From: a virus
Length of the DNA: 64,000 nt
IMG/VR virus record: IMGVR_UViG_3300049855_000474
Span: 32,001-96,000 of that record
Strand: one strand, 5' to 3'
This document shows, one piece after another, positions 56,619-64,000 of this stretch. The notes under the pieces are model-generated. The model was given only the letters and a program-made list of their open reading frames with translations. It had not been told where the DNA came from and did not search any database. The position numbers were made by a program, and so were the translations under genes. Within the stretch, counting starts at the first letter, position 1. Every line of letters begins with the position of its first letter.

Positions 56619-57418
56619 ATCTTTACAGCTGCTCCATCGGATAAATTAAGTTTCTTGGCAAGGTCTGGACGAAAGCAGATAGGGGTATAGATACAATACT
56701 TTTCCTCCCCTTCTTTCTGGTTATTACATATGCCTTCAGGGAGGACCTTGAGACGCACACAATCCTTACCAAACTCGTGAGCTTGAACCTGCCCATCCAA
56801 AGTAGTTTTGATGGCAGGGACTACGAAAATCTTACGAACATTAGGATTTTCTCGTGAAATGTAAAGCATGGCAATCTTATCAAGATTCCAGCCATACATT
56901 CTGTTGAGAGCTGTTGCGTAGACACTAGCCTGAAGAGACCACTCGTACCAGATAGGTTCGGTCATTTCTTCAATTCGCCTAGTGCTCTTTGACTTTATCT
57001 CAAGTACAGCATTATATTCAGGTATAACACCGTCAATAAAGCCACCGATACCATTCATAGCCTTATCAATACGGTATTCTCTGTAATGAGGCCACTTGCC
57101 ACAGACCAAGCACTTGGAGGCTTTTCTGTTCTTTAAAACTAAACCACAGCACTTCCAGTCACCAAACAATAAACCAGCTTTACCCAAGTGTTGCTGCGTC
57201 ACAGCATGGATTACATGTCCCTGCTGGGTATAGAATTCACCAGAGTAACCCCAGGACTGACAGGCTTGGATGTCTTCAGTAGCATGATGGTATATTACAT
57301 AACGGCGAGGGCAGAATGGTAGAGTACTAGGACTAAACTTATCCTTGTATCGGCTAATATCGACAAAGTTGAAAGCTTCTCGAATAGCATGATCTAAGGT
57401 TTTTGGTTTCAGTTCCAT
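56615..57418 (-). CDS. Cas4-like PD-(D/E)xK exonuclease
   Basis: SPSTLPFCPR, GHVIH, GFIDG, LEIKS, QASVY, C-terminal C...CIY..IC. Confidence 0.82.
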   Translation of the reverse strand: MELKPKTLDHAIREAFNFVDISRYKDKFSPSTLPFCPRRYVIYHHATEDIQACQSWGYSGEFYTQQGHVIHAVTQQHLGKAGLLFGDWKCCGLVLKNRKASKCLVCGKWPHYREYRIDKAMNGIGGFIDGVIPEYNAVLEIKSKSTRRIEEMTEPIWYEWSLQASVYATALNRMYGWNLDKIAMLYISRENPNVRKIFVVPAIKTTLDGQVQAHEFGKDCVRLKVLPEGICNNQKEGEEKYCIYTPICFRPDLAKKLNLSDGAAVKI

Positions 57419-58411
57419 TTATACGCTCACATGATTCTTAAGCCAGGAAAGCTGGTCAAGGGCTAAAGAGCCAGGATCCGTGCCTTCAGGCAAGACAATG
57501 TTATCAACATGATTGAAATAAACAGTGCCTTTAGAGTCCCCAACAAGCGAGCCAAAAGATTCTGTGCCTTGAAATAGATTTTTGGCAGCTAGGCGCCCAG
57601 CGCTATCTCCATCCATACAGACATAGACGTTATCAATGCCTAGAGTCATAAGAAGAGTACGTTTGTCATCTGACCAGTTGTTTGTTCCCATCAGGCAAAG
57701 AGCAGGAATCCCGAACTGAACCAATACAAGAGCATCGATTTGACCCTCAACCAAAACAATTGTTTTTGGTCGCATAGCTGCTACGTAATCAAACGGGAAT
57801 AGAATTTTACGAGCCTTAGCCCAGGGTGCGTTGTAATACTTTTGAGTAGTATTATCATCAAGACGCCTACCCGTATATCCCACAAGCTCCCTTTTCTGCA
57901 TAAAAGGGAGCAGGATTCTATTGGTAGTGTATCCATTTCTCAGGTTACGCTGACGCCAGTACTGCGCATTGATGGAAGTTAGAAAAGAAACGGATAGACC
58001 ACGCCAGGGTTGATTCGTATAGTCAGCCCATGGGATAATATTATCTGGTAACTTCCCTGCGTCCGAAGATTCCTCCTCCTCTTCCGCTATAAGCTGAGCA
58101 TGTACATGATCTACCAGATCTATACCACTTGTGTAGCTTTCTTTGGAATAACCGTGACCACCTTTGAGGGTTTGGAGTCCTAGATTCTTAGCAACAGAAT
58201 CCCAGGAACCTTTCCAGTCACAAACCCAACAATGAGCCCGCCTACCGTCTTTAGTAATCTCGAGCTTCATTTTCAGTCCATCTTCTAATGAAGGACAGGC
58301 TGGGTTTAGACAAATAGTAACAAAGTCCTTACGTTTTTCGATAAAACGTCGAGCGGACTTCAGCAACTCCTGCCTAATTATGTGTTCGGCTTGTGGATTA
58401 GGAGTGAACAT
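57419..58411 (-). CDS. DNA primase (Zn finger plus TOPRIM)
   Basis: HCWVCDWKG, RILLPF, GYTGRR, KYYN, VLVEGQIDAL, MDGDSAG and DPG motifs. Confidence 0.9.
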   Translation of the reverse strand: MFTPNPQAEHIIRQELLKSARRFIEKRKDFVTICLNPACPSLEDGLKMKLEITKDGRRAHCWVCDWKGSWDSVAKNLGLQTLKGGHGYSKESYTSGIDLVDHVHAQLIAEEEEESSDAGKLPDNIIPWADYTNQPWRGLSVSFLTSINAQYWRQRNLRNGYTTNRILLPFMQKRELVGYTGRRLDDNTTQKYYNAPWAKARKILFPFDYVAAMRPKTIVLVEGQIDALVLVQFGIPALCLMGTNNWSDDKRTLLMTLGIDNVYVCMDGDSAGRLAAKNLFQGTESFGSLVGDSKGTVYFNHVDNIVLPEGTDPGSLALDQLSWLKNHVSV

Positions 58412-58460
58412 ACCTAATCATTTACAAGACAAGCAAGCAATTCAGTAGAAAAGGATTTCT

Positions 58461-58922
58461 CTAGACTAGACCATATAAAGCTAAAGGATTACCGTAATCT
58501 CTTGTAGCTCGAACGGGGTCTTGTTGGAATTGTTCTAGAAAAAACTTTTGATTTTGGTTAGGGTTGCCCTCCCAGCTCGGGAGTTCAACTACTAGGTCAT
58601 TACCTACAGAAGTCCAGTTAAAGTCGTACATATAAGCAGGAGCCACCACATAACGATAGGGTCTTTTAGCACTGGACAACCGTTGGTGTCTCATTACCTG
58701 ATGAAAGAAAGGAATATCCTTAGCGAAAATCTCACTCATATGCAAATAGGGCATATAGTAACCTCGGTAAGCATAGGTATGTCCCCAAAGATGTATAAGC
58801 TTAACCAAAGGTTTATCCTTTCTTTGTGCAGACGCTGCGTAAAAGTTAGTTGTATTACCTACAGTACCTGCTACATGTCTCTGTAGAAAAGGGTCCTGCT
58901 CTATAGGTACCCTGACTTCCAT
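58461..58922 (-). CDS. Hypothetical protein
   Basis: 153-aa co-oriented ORF. Confidence 0.5.
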   Translation of the reverse strand: MEVRVPIEQDPFLQRHVAGTVGNTTNFYAASAQRKDKPLVKLIHLWGHTYAYRGYYMPYLHMSEIFAKDIPFFHQVMRHQRLSSAKRPYRYVVAPAYMYDFNWTSVGNDLVVELPSWEGNPNQNQKFFLEQFQQDPVRATRDYGNPLALYGLV

Positions 58923-58950
58923 CTGCTGATGTTTAGCATCAGCTTGGTAA

Positions 58951-59262
58951 TCAGCTATTTGGAGGCTGAAGGATTCCTCTAGCTTGCAACAGCCAGCTGT
59001 CGAGATTACTCTTGAGCTGCCCGTCTACCTGCTGCGCCACGTTCTCAATTACAGGTAGAATAGCTTCAAGCAAGGCATTATGCACGTGGGGAGTAACAAA
59101 TAACTGAAGTAGTATCATAGGATCTGAGGTATCGAATTTGACATCTAGAGCTATTTTACCTAGTTCAAAGATACCAGTGGGTGTTTCAGTAAAATAGGTG
59201 ACTATCTTCTCACCGTTTTCAAATGTGACTGTATACTTTACAAGTGTCTCTGCTAGTAACAT
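58951..59262 (-). CDS. Hypothetical protein
   Basis: Abuts the upstream gene. Confidence 0.5.
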   Translation of the reverse strand: MLLAETLVKYTVTFENGEKIVTYFTETPTGIFELGKIALDVKFDTSDPMILLQLFVTPHVHNALLEAILPVIENVAQQVDGQLKSNLDSWLLQARGILQPPNS

Positions 59263-59997
59263 TTAGAGCTCCAGTTCCAATTCATCAAGAGTGAGACTTG
59301 TCATAGCAAATTGAGAAGCCCAGGCATCACGTAGTTTAGACCCATCGTGAAGTGGCGGGTTTGATTGACTAACTCGAAAAGTTGCTGCCCATGTGACACT
59401 AGCAGGTTTTTGCGCGTCCTCAGTTACTGTAATAGGACTTTCGGGCTCAAAGAAACCACGAAGTAGTATTGTAGGATAAAGAAGACTGTGATACACAATA
59501 TTTACGAAGTTTGGTCTCCCACTAGAAAGAATTTTAGGCTCATCCAGAAGAGAGAAAAAATCGTAGTAGTCTAAAAGACCAGGAGGAAGAAAGATAAGAG
59601 AAGCTGTGCCATCAGCCCGAACAGCTTCCCTTACAGGCATGATATTACCAGTCTGGAAGGTAAAGGATACAGAAGGGTCATCAAAGAAAGTAGTGCGCTT
59701 ATTATCCAACCAATAGTGAGCAATATAACCAGTCCTAGTCTGCTGGGTCACACCACGCTGCTGGAAAGTCCAAGTAGTATTCTGGGGACCGGACCAAAAC
59801 AGAATATACTTACCGCGATCACCAAGCGTGACTTGCTGATCGGTAGTAATTATCATGGGTATAAATTCACGAGAAACACGTTGACCACGAGCGAGCCTTG
59901 CAGACTCTATCTCGGAAGTACGATCCGAAAAAGCCCCCAAGGAGGTTAATTGCTGTAGGATCCTGTCAGAGTTGATTACTTCAGTACCCATCAGCAA
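59263..59997 (-). CDS. Possible tube-initiator/baseplate hub-like protein
   Basis: P.N..W.F..R....QTR.G....YW...SFTFQTG and LRGFFE...VTEDAQKP resemble tube-fold baseplate proteins. Confidence 0.4.
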   Translation of the reverse strand: MLMGTEVINSDRILQQLTSLGAFSDRTSEIESARLARGQRVSREFIPMIITTDQQVTLGDRGKYILFWSGPQNTTWTFQQRGVTQQTRTGYIAHYWLDNKRTTFFDDPSVSFTFQTGNIMPVREAVRADGTASLIFLPPGLLDYYDFFSLLDEPKILSSGRPNFVNIVYHSLLYPTILLRGFFEPESPITVTEDAQKPASVTWAATFRVSQSNPPLHDGSKLRDAWASQFAMTSLTLDELELEL

Positions 59998-60051
59998 AAC
60001 CTCAATAGGAAAAGGAAATAAGACTGTGTTTGAGGCTATAACAGCTACGGA

Positions 60052-60771
60052 TTAATCTTCGTCGGAGTCACCCGACACATCGAGGCTCTGACCACGACGA
60101 GCAGCAAATTCCTGCTTAGCGTACTTCTCTACAAGACCCTGGCTATTAGCCACGATGTAGGCAAGATCTGCCTCACTAAGGTCGAGCCCCTCAAGCTCGC
60201 TACGAACTTCTCGAGCCTTCTTTTCCCTTGTAGTAAGAGCTGCGACAAGGACCTTGACACGAGCCTGGACATCGCCATCCTCATCATTGTCAGCAATCCC
60301 GACATCTTGAGGATCAACAGGCTGCGACAACGAAACGCCAGGGTTCTCCCCAACCACGATAGCATCGTGCTGCTTATGGTAGAGCAAGGCATCGTCCTCG
60401 GGACGACCAGTCTCTCGCATCTTTCGAATCTCAGGATTACCGTAATCCAGATACTGATAGGCGCGATCGACATCCTCACGAGCGCGAGGATTAGTCTCGT
60501 AATAAGCCTCCGCCTCAGCAGGAGGCACGATCTCAAGAACGCGACGCATGATCAAATCACGGAGGTCACGACTGTTCCGGAGAGTATCGGGAGTAACACG
60601 ATCCGAAAGGCAGACAGGGTGCTTGACACCAGGGATATCAAGCTTCTGAACGCGACCGGAGCGATCCGTCATCGTGAGGATGATAAGTCCTCGCGGCTTG
60701 TGGACGTTACGTACCCAAATTGGCTTATTTTCATCTAGAATTTGATCGATGTGACGAATGCTATAACTCAT
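60052..60771 (-). CDS. Hypothetical protein; N-terminal domain shared with 14528..14767
   Basis: WVRN...G...IP....PVCLS.......LRNSRDLRDLI...VLEIV; AAGGAG SD. Confidence 0.65.
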   Translation of the reverse strand: MSYSIRHIDQILDENKPIWVRNVHKPRGLIILTMTDRSGRVQKLDIPGVKHPVCLSDRVTPDTLRNSRDLRDLIMRRVLEIVPPAEAEAYYETNPRAREDVDRAYQYLDYGNPEIRKMRETGRPEDDALLYHKQHDAIVVGENPGVSLSQPVDPQDVGIADNDEDGDVQARVKVLVAALTTREKKAREVRSELEGLDLSEADLAYIVANSQGLVEKYAKQEFAARRGQSLDVSGDSDED

Positions 60772-60908
60772 GAATTAGTCTCCTTAATTAAGTCTTTATC
60801 GGAAGTTTCTTTAGTAACTTCTTCCTTAGAAGACTCTTCCTTCAAATCAGGCTGTTGTTTATCGGTCTCAACAATCTTTTCTTCTCGAACTACACCATAC
60901 CGTATCAT
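60768..60908 (-). CDS. Small acidic peptide (46 aa, not in ORF track)
   Basis: MIRYGVVREEKIVETDK...; its TGA overlaps the ATG of 60052..60771. Confidence 0.45.
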   Translation of the reverse strand: MIRYGVVREEKIVETDKQQPDLKEESSKEEVTKETSDKDLIKETNS

Positions 60909-61056
60909 ACACTACCACTCACCTGCTCTCATCGAGCTTTCTGTTTCATAGACATGCTGTTAGCAGTGGCCTCAACAGACTGTCGCCGGGGCGGAACTCG
61001 GCGAAGATACTAATTACTTTGTAAGTTGCTATCGGCAGTTGCCTAGTAACACAGAT

Positions 61057-61401
61057 TTACATCTGTGATAACGAATCTGCGATAAGAAAAGCAATTGTTT
61101 TACTTGTCTTTTCTACATCTATAACGCAAAGGAGCTTCTTCTCCCCAGAAACAGGCTTCCAATGAACCAAGTACTCAAAACGAATATCAAATTTCTGCAG
61201 GGTCAGCGATCCTATCTTCGTCTCTGTAATCCTGGAAAATACATCAAACTCTACAGGAGACTTAAAGAGAATCAGCTTACCTATACTGTCTTTTACAAGT
61301 TTGTGGTTAATAAGCGACTCTATGTCGGGAAGCTTAGAAGCTAAATGCTCCTCAGGAGTTCCACGACAACAAGACATTCTATTTAGTATCCACGTTAGCA
61401 C
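61057..61401 (-). CDS. Hypothetical protein
   Basis: Overlaps the tubulin stop region. Confidence 0.5.
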   Translation of the reverse strand: MLTWILNRMSCCRGTPEEHLASKLPDIESLINHKLVKDSIGKLILFKSPVEFDVFSRITETKIGSLTLQKFDIRFEYLVHWKPVSGEKKLLCVIDVEKTSKTIAFLIADSLSQM

Positions 61402-62503
61402 TTAGCTGTTTCAACTCCTGCAATCGGGCAGCTGGGGGCTCCAGACCCGAAATCATAGTAAAGACCTTCATCCCAGAGTTAGCACTTTCATAAACACCGT
61501 TATGAAGAGTAATTCCTTCATTTCCAATGATACGTCCTAAGCTGTGGAAAGCTGAATCAAGATGTTCCATAGGAAGCTCGGCAAGAACATCATCGTGAGC
61601 TACAATAATAGCCCCTGCCATATCAGCCTTGGTTAGATCAAAACCATCAGCCAGAAGAGTACCTGCCAAGTTCTGACGAATAGCTTTACTGATATCTTCC
61701 TTGGAGTCCCATTTCTCCACAGAAGTCATACCGAAGATAAGAATGCCGTTCCGGAGAATAGAACGAAAATCAGAACGGTCAAAAGTACTGTACTCGCTAT
61801 TCTGAGCTGCCAGAATATTGAATGTATGAAGCACAGAAGCGAAATTCTGATTGGCAACCTTCCAGAAGTTCTTCACGGAAAGCCCAGGCAAAATAGAATG
61901 AATCTTAGCATTATCAACAAGAATTAAAGTCTTGATATCACCACGGTCACAAAGCTCGATAGCTTCTTCCAAAGCTTTGAGCGCATTTGCCTGGACGCGT
62001 GCACCTTCTGAGCGTTTTGGCATAGTCATAATAACGCCAACTTTTCGCTCAGTAGTCGACTCAATCTGAGTCGTACTCAAATATTCCTTCAACGCCCGTA
62101 AAGCAACAGACCAAGAGCCTGTACCAGAACCACCACCAGCACCAACACACAAAAAGGCTTGCTCTACATCCTGACCATACACCCGGAGAAGCATCTCCAT
62201 AATGTCTTCAAATGATTCCTCAGCCGCAAGTCTTCCTTGTTCTGGGTCTTTTCCAGCACCACCGCGATCTTTACCAATAACCAATTTATTTGGAATTGAA
62301 AGACTTGCAAGGTCCTGGTCTGTCGTATTCAGAGCACAGACGCGAACGTAGCCAAGGTCATGAAAAGCTTGAGCAACACGACCACCGCCCTGACCAACGC
62401 CAAGAAAAGCCATCTTCAAGGCAGAAACAAATTGATCTTTAATCACAACTGTATCAAACTTAGGCTGTTCAGCTGCTTTAAACTCGGGTAATTCGATTGC
62501 CAT
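61379..62503 (-). CDS. Tubulin/FtsZ-family GTPase (PhuZ/TubZ-like)
   Basis: FLGVGQGGGRVA, GGAGKDPEQG, GAGGGSGTG signature, ILVDN and FDRSD; likely start ATG at 62503 (GAGG SD) rather than TTG at 62650. Confidence 0.9.
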   Translation of the reverse strand: MAIELPEFKAAEQPKFDTVVIKDQFVSALKMAFLGVGQGGGRVAQAFHDLGYVRVCALNTTDQDLASLSIPNKLVIGKDRGGAGKDPEQGRLAAEESFEDIMEMLLRVYGQDVEQAFLCVGAGGGSGTGSWSVALRALKEYLSTTQIESTTERKVGVIMTMPKRSEGARVQANALKALEEAIELCDRGDIKTLILVDNAKIHSILPGLSVKNFWKVANQNFASVLHTFNILAAQNSEYSTFDRSDFRSILRNGILIFGMTSVEKWDSKEDISKAIRQNLAGTLLADGFDLTKADMAGAIIVAHDDVLAELPMEHLDSAFHSLGRIIGNEGITLHNGVYESANSGMKVFTMISGLEPPAARLQELKQLSANVDTK

Positions 62504-62660
62504 AGGTGACCTCTTCGTGGAAGATTGGGGAACAGTCTGTTCTAATTTTACAGGAACAATAGTACTTTCGGCATAAGAGGGAACTACTTTATAGTTCTCT
62601 ATGCCAGGTAAAGGCGTTCCAAAACGCAATGTCCCTTTTACATTTGTCAAGAAACAAATC

Positions 62661-63191
62661 TCAAGATTTTTTCAAAAAATTGTACAAATCAGCAGGAGTA
62701 ATAGAGGAGGGTTCCAGATCAGCAGAACCCGGATAATCGCCTGCTTTAAGCATAATTACTATAGCTTCGGAGCAAAAAATGGCTTTAGTATTGAATGGAT
62801 TACTCCATTTAAGCCGCAACCAACGACCTAACAAAACAAAAATCGTACCAAAAACACCAAAGTAGTCATACCTACGACCTAACCACTGAGTGGCTTTCTG
62901 GATAGCTGATTCTTTTAAATTATCAAGTGGGATAATGTATACAATTTTATGTTTCTTATCAAAAGAAGACAAAGTCACCAGTTGAAAGCCACCAGGCACA
63001 GCTTCAAGAACCATATCTATACCAAGAAAAGAATTACGAAGAATGAGGAATGCGTGACTAACAGTGCTACGGGTAAAAAACCGTATAACTTTCGAACCTA
63101 TATTTCGACTTCGAGAAAAGCCAATACTTACCTGGACTGTCATTTTAAGTTCTCCAATGATCCAAAGCGTACCAAATAAACAAGACACCAA
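62661..63191 (-). CDS. Permuted papain-like (YaeF/YiiX-type NlpC/P60) protein
   Basis: SHAF (His), LGRRYDY, FCSE (Cys) and ITPADL motifs; likely start at 63143. Confidence 0.75.
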   Translation of the reverse strand: MVSCLFGTLWIIGELKMTVQVSIGFSRSRNIGSKVIRFFTRSTVSHAFLILRNSFLGIDMVLEAVPGGFQLVTLSSFDKKHKIVYIIPLDNLKESAIQKATQWLGRRYDYFGVFGTIFVLLGRWLRLKWSNPFNTKAIFCSEAIVIMLKAGDYPGSADLEPSSITPADLYNFLKKS

Positions 63192-63453
63192 CGACGCAAG
63201 TCAAAGGGTCACTAACCCACGCATTCAGCCAGGACTCGGGTGTAAGCCAAATGTCAGGCTTCCGAGGCTCCATAATTCTCTCAAAAACTTCCCAAGCGAA
63301 AGCTAGGAACAAACAGAGACCCATAGAAAACCAGCGGTTCCACTGGAAGGACCACGTGATAGAGCCAAAATAGATCCAAAAGCTGATGTGGACAATAGTC
63401 CAAACATCAACAAAAGTTCGACCAGTCTTAATAGGAAAAAGCCAATCCATCAT
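63145..63453 (-). CDS. Multi-pass membrane protein
   Basis: Three hydrophobic helices; H..F and WEVFE...ESWLN...D motifs. Confidence 0.65.
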   Translation of the reverse strand: MMDWLFPIKTGRTFVDVWTIVHISFWIYFGSITWSFQWNRWFSMGLCLFLAFAWEVFERIMEPRKPDIWLTPESWLNAWVSDPLTCVVGVLFIWYALDHWRT

Positions 63454-64000
63454 TCACTCTCCGATCTACAATAAAAGGTTGCGGTAGCCATATAACCAAC
63501 AAAAGGTTCATGGTGCTCTAAATATACACGAAGCTCCATACCTTTTGCACTAGATAACGAGACGCTACCCAGGTAGTCCCAATCAAAAGTAGTTACAGCA
63601 TGATGCTGTGAACGCCAGTTGTCAGGATCGCCTAGGGCTGGGTAGGAAGGATACGAACGAAAAGCATCATTATGAAAGTCAGCCATGGTTTTATACGCCA
63701 ATCGCTGTAGGCGAATCTTATAACCAATACCATAAGGTATTCCATACGCTGTCATTTGGGCTGATGTCAGGAAGAAGTCTGCGATACCCCAAGCCTCAAA
63801 TAAAACAGTGTCTCTTGGATCTACATCAGAAGAGAATTGTACCTCAGCAATATCGATCAAAAGTTGTTTACCAGCCAAAGGCTTAACTGTATATATACTA
63901 TTTATGGCGTAGTGGTACGTTACTTTGATAACATCAGCAACATCTTTTACTGATTCAAAAATAACTTTACCAAGTTCGTAATTAATCGTATAATCTCCAC
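63450..64000 (-). CDS. Virion structural protein (partial; frame open beyond the window end)
   Basis: The frame continues upstream of 63878 as GDYTINYELGKVIF...VIKVTYHYA, a motif common in tail/baseplate proteins. Confidence 0.55.
   Translation of the reverse strand, partial: GDYTINYELGKVIFESVKDVADVIKVTYHYAINSIYTVKPLAGKQLLIDIAEVQFSSDVDPRDTVLFEAWGIADFFLTSAQMTAYGIPYGIGYKIRLQRLAYKTMADFHNDAFRSYPSYPALGDPDNWRSQHHAVTTFDWDYLGSVSLSSAKGMELRVYLEHHEPFVGYMATATFYCRSESE

Noticed and set aside
56615-57418. CRISPR-Cas system suggested by the Cas4-like gene
   Set aside because: No repeat-spacer array or other cas genes were seen; stand-alone Cas4-like nucleases next to primase are common in phages
60935-60982. 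Hammerhead ribozyme on the - strand (CTGTTGAG...GAAAC)
   Set aside because: The core reads CUGUUGA rather than CUGANGA and the flanking stems could not be built convincingly
62504-62650. TTG start for tubulin, or a sigma70 promoter at TTGACA 62650
   Set aside because: A better ATG with SD exists at 62503, and there is no matching -10 box at 16-18 nt spacing
1-64000. Stop-codon reassignment
   Set aside because: Long genes are uninterrupted under the standard code, TAA, TAG and TGA all end conserved genes, and no suppressor tRNA is present

Overview
This 64 kb window is part of a large, contractile-tailed dsDNA bacteriophage genome, probably a jumbo phage. It uses the standard genetic code, is gene-dense and has about 44% GC by eye. 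The tail module is on the + strand at 0.8-14.5 kb: a tail-completion-like protein, a 1073-aa sheath, the tube, a tail-assembly-chaperone pair joined by a C-CCT-TTA -1 frameshift site, and the tape measure. An accessory block at 14.5-28 kb carries two metallophosphoesterases, PhoH, a HigA-like HTH, an HNH protein, three tRNAs, VanW, a cyclic-phosphate receiver domain, a metallopeptidase-VWA/MoxR pair, an archaemetzincin-like protease and a divergent sigma-like protein. The head module is on the - strand at 28-48.7 kb: cement, scaffold-like protein, prohead protease, portal, many putative internal head proteins (including PcfJ and 2H-phosphoesterase domains), duplicated NUMOD3-type genes and the major capsid protein. 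The replication and nucleotide block at 49.9-62.6 kb has dCTP deaminase, an intein-containing class II RNR plus a degenerate second RNR paralog, a Cas4-like nuclease, primase and a tubulin/FtsZ-family GTPase. The most striking unexplained pattern is a short helical leader shared by more than ten otherwise unrelated proteins. Four begin MR-x-[DE]-[LV]-QKR, and most leaders end in [KR]-x-A. This looks like a capsid-targeting and protease-cleavage address system, and its probable cargo includes an Acb1-like phosphodiesterase. All family assignments come from motif recognition by eye; no database searches were run.
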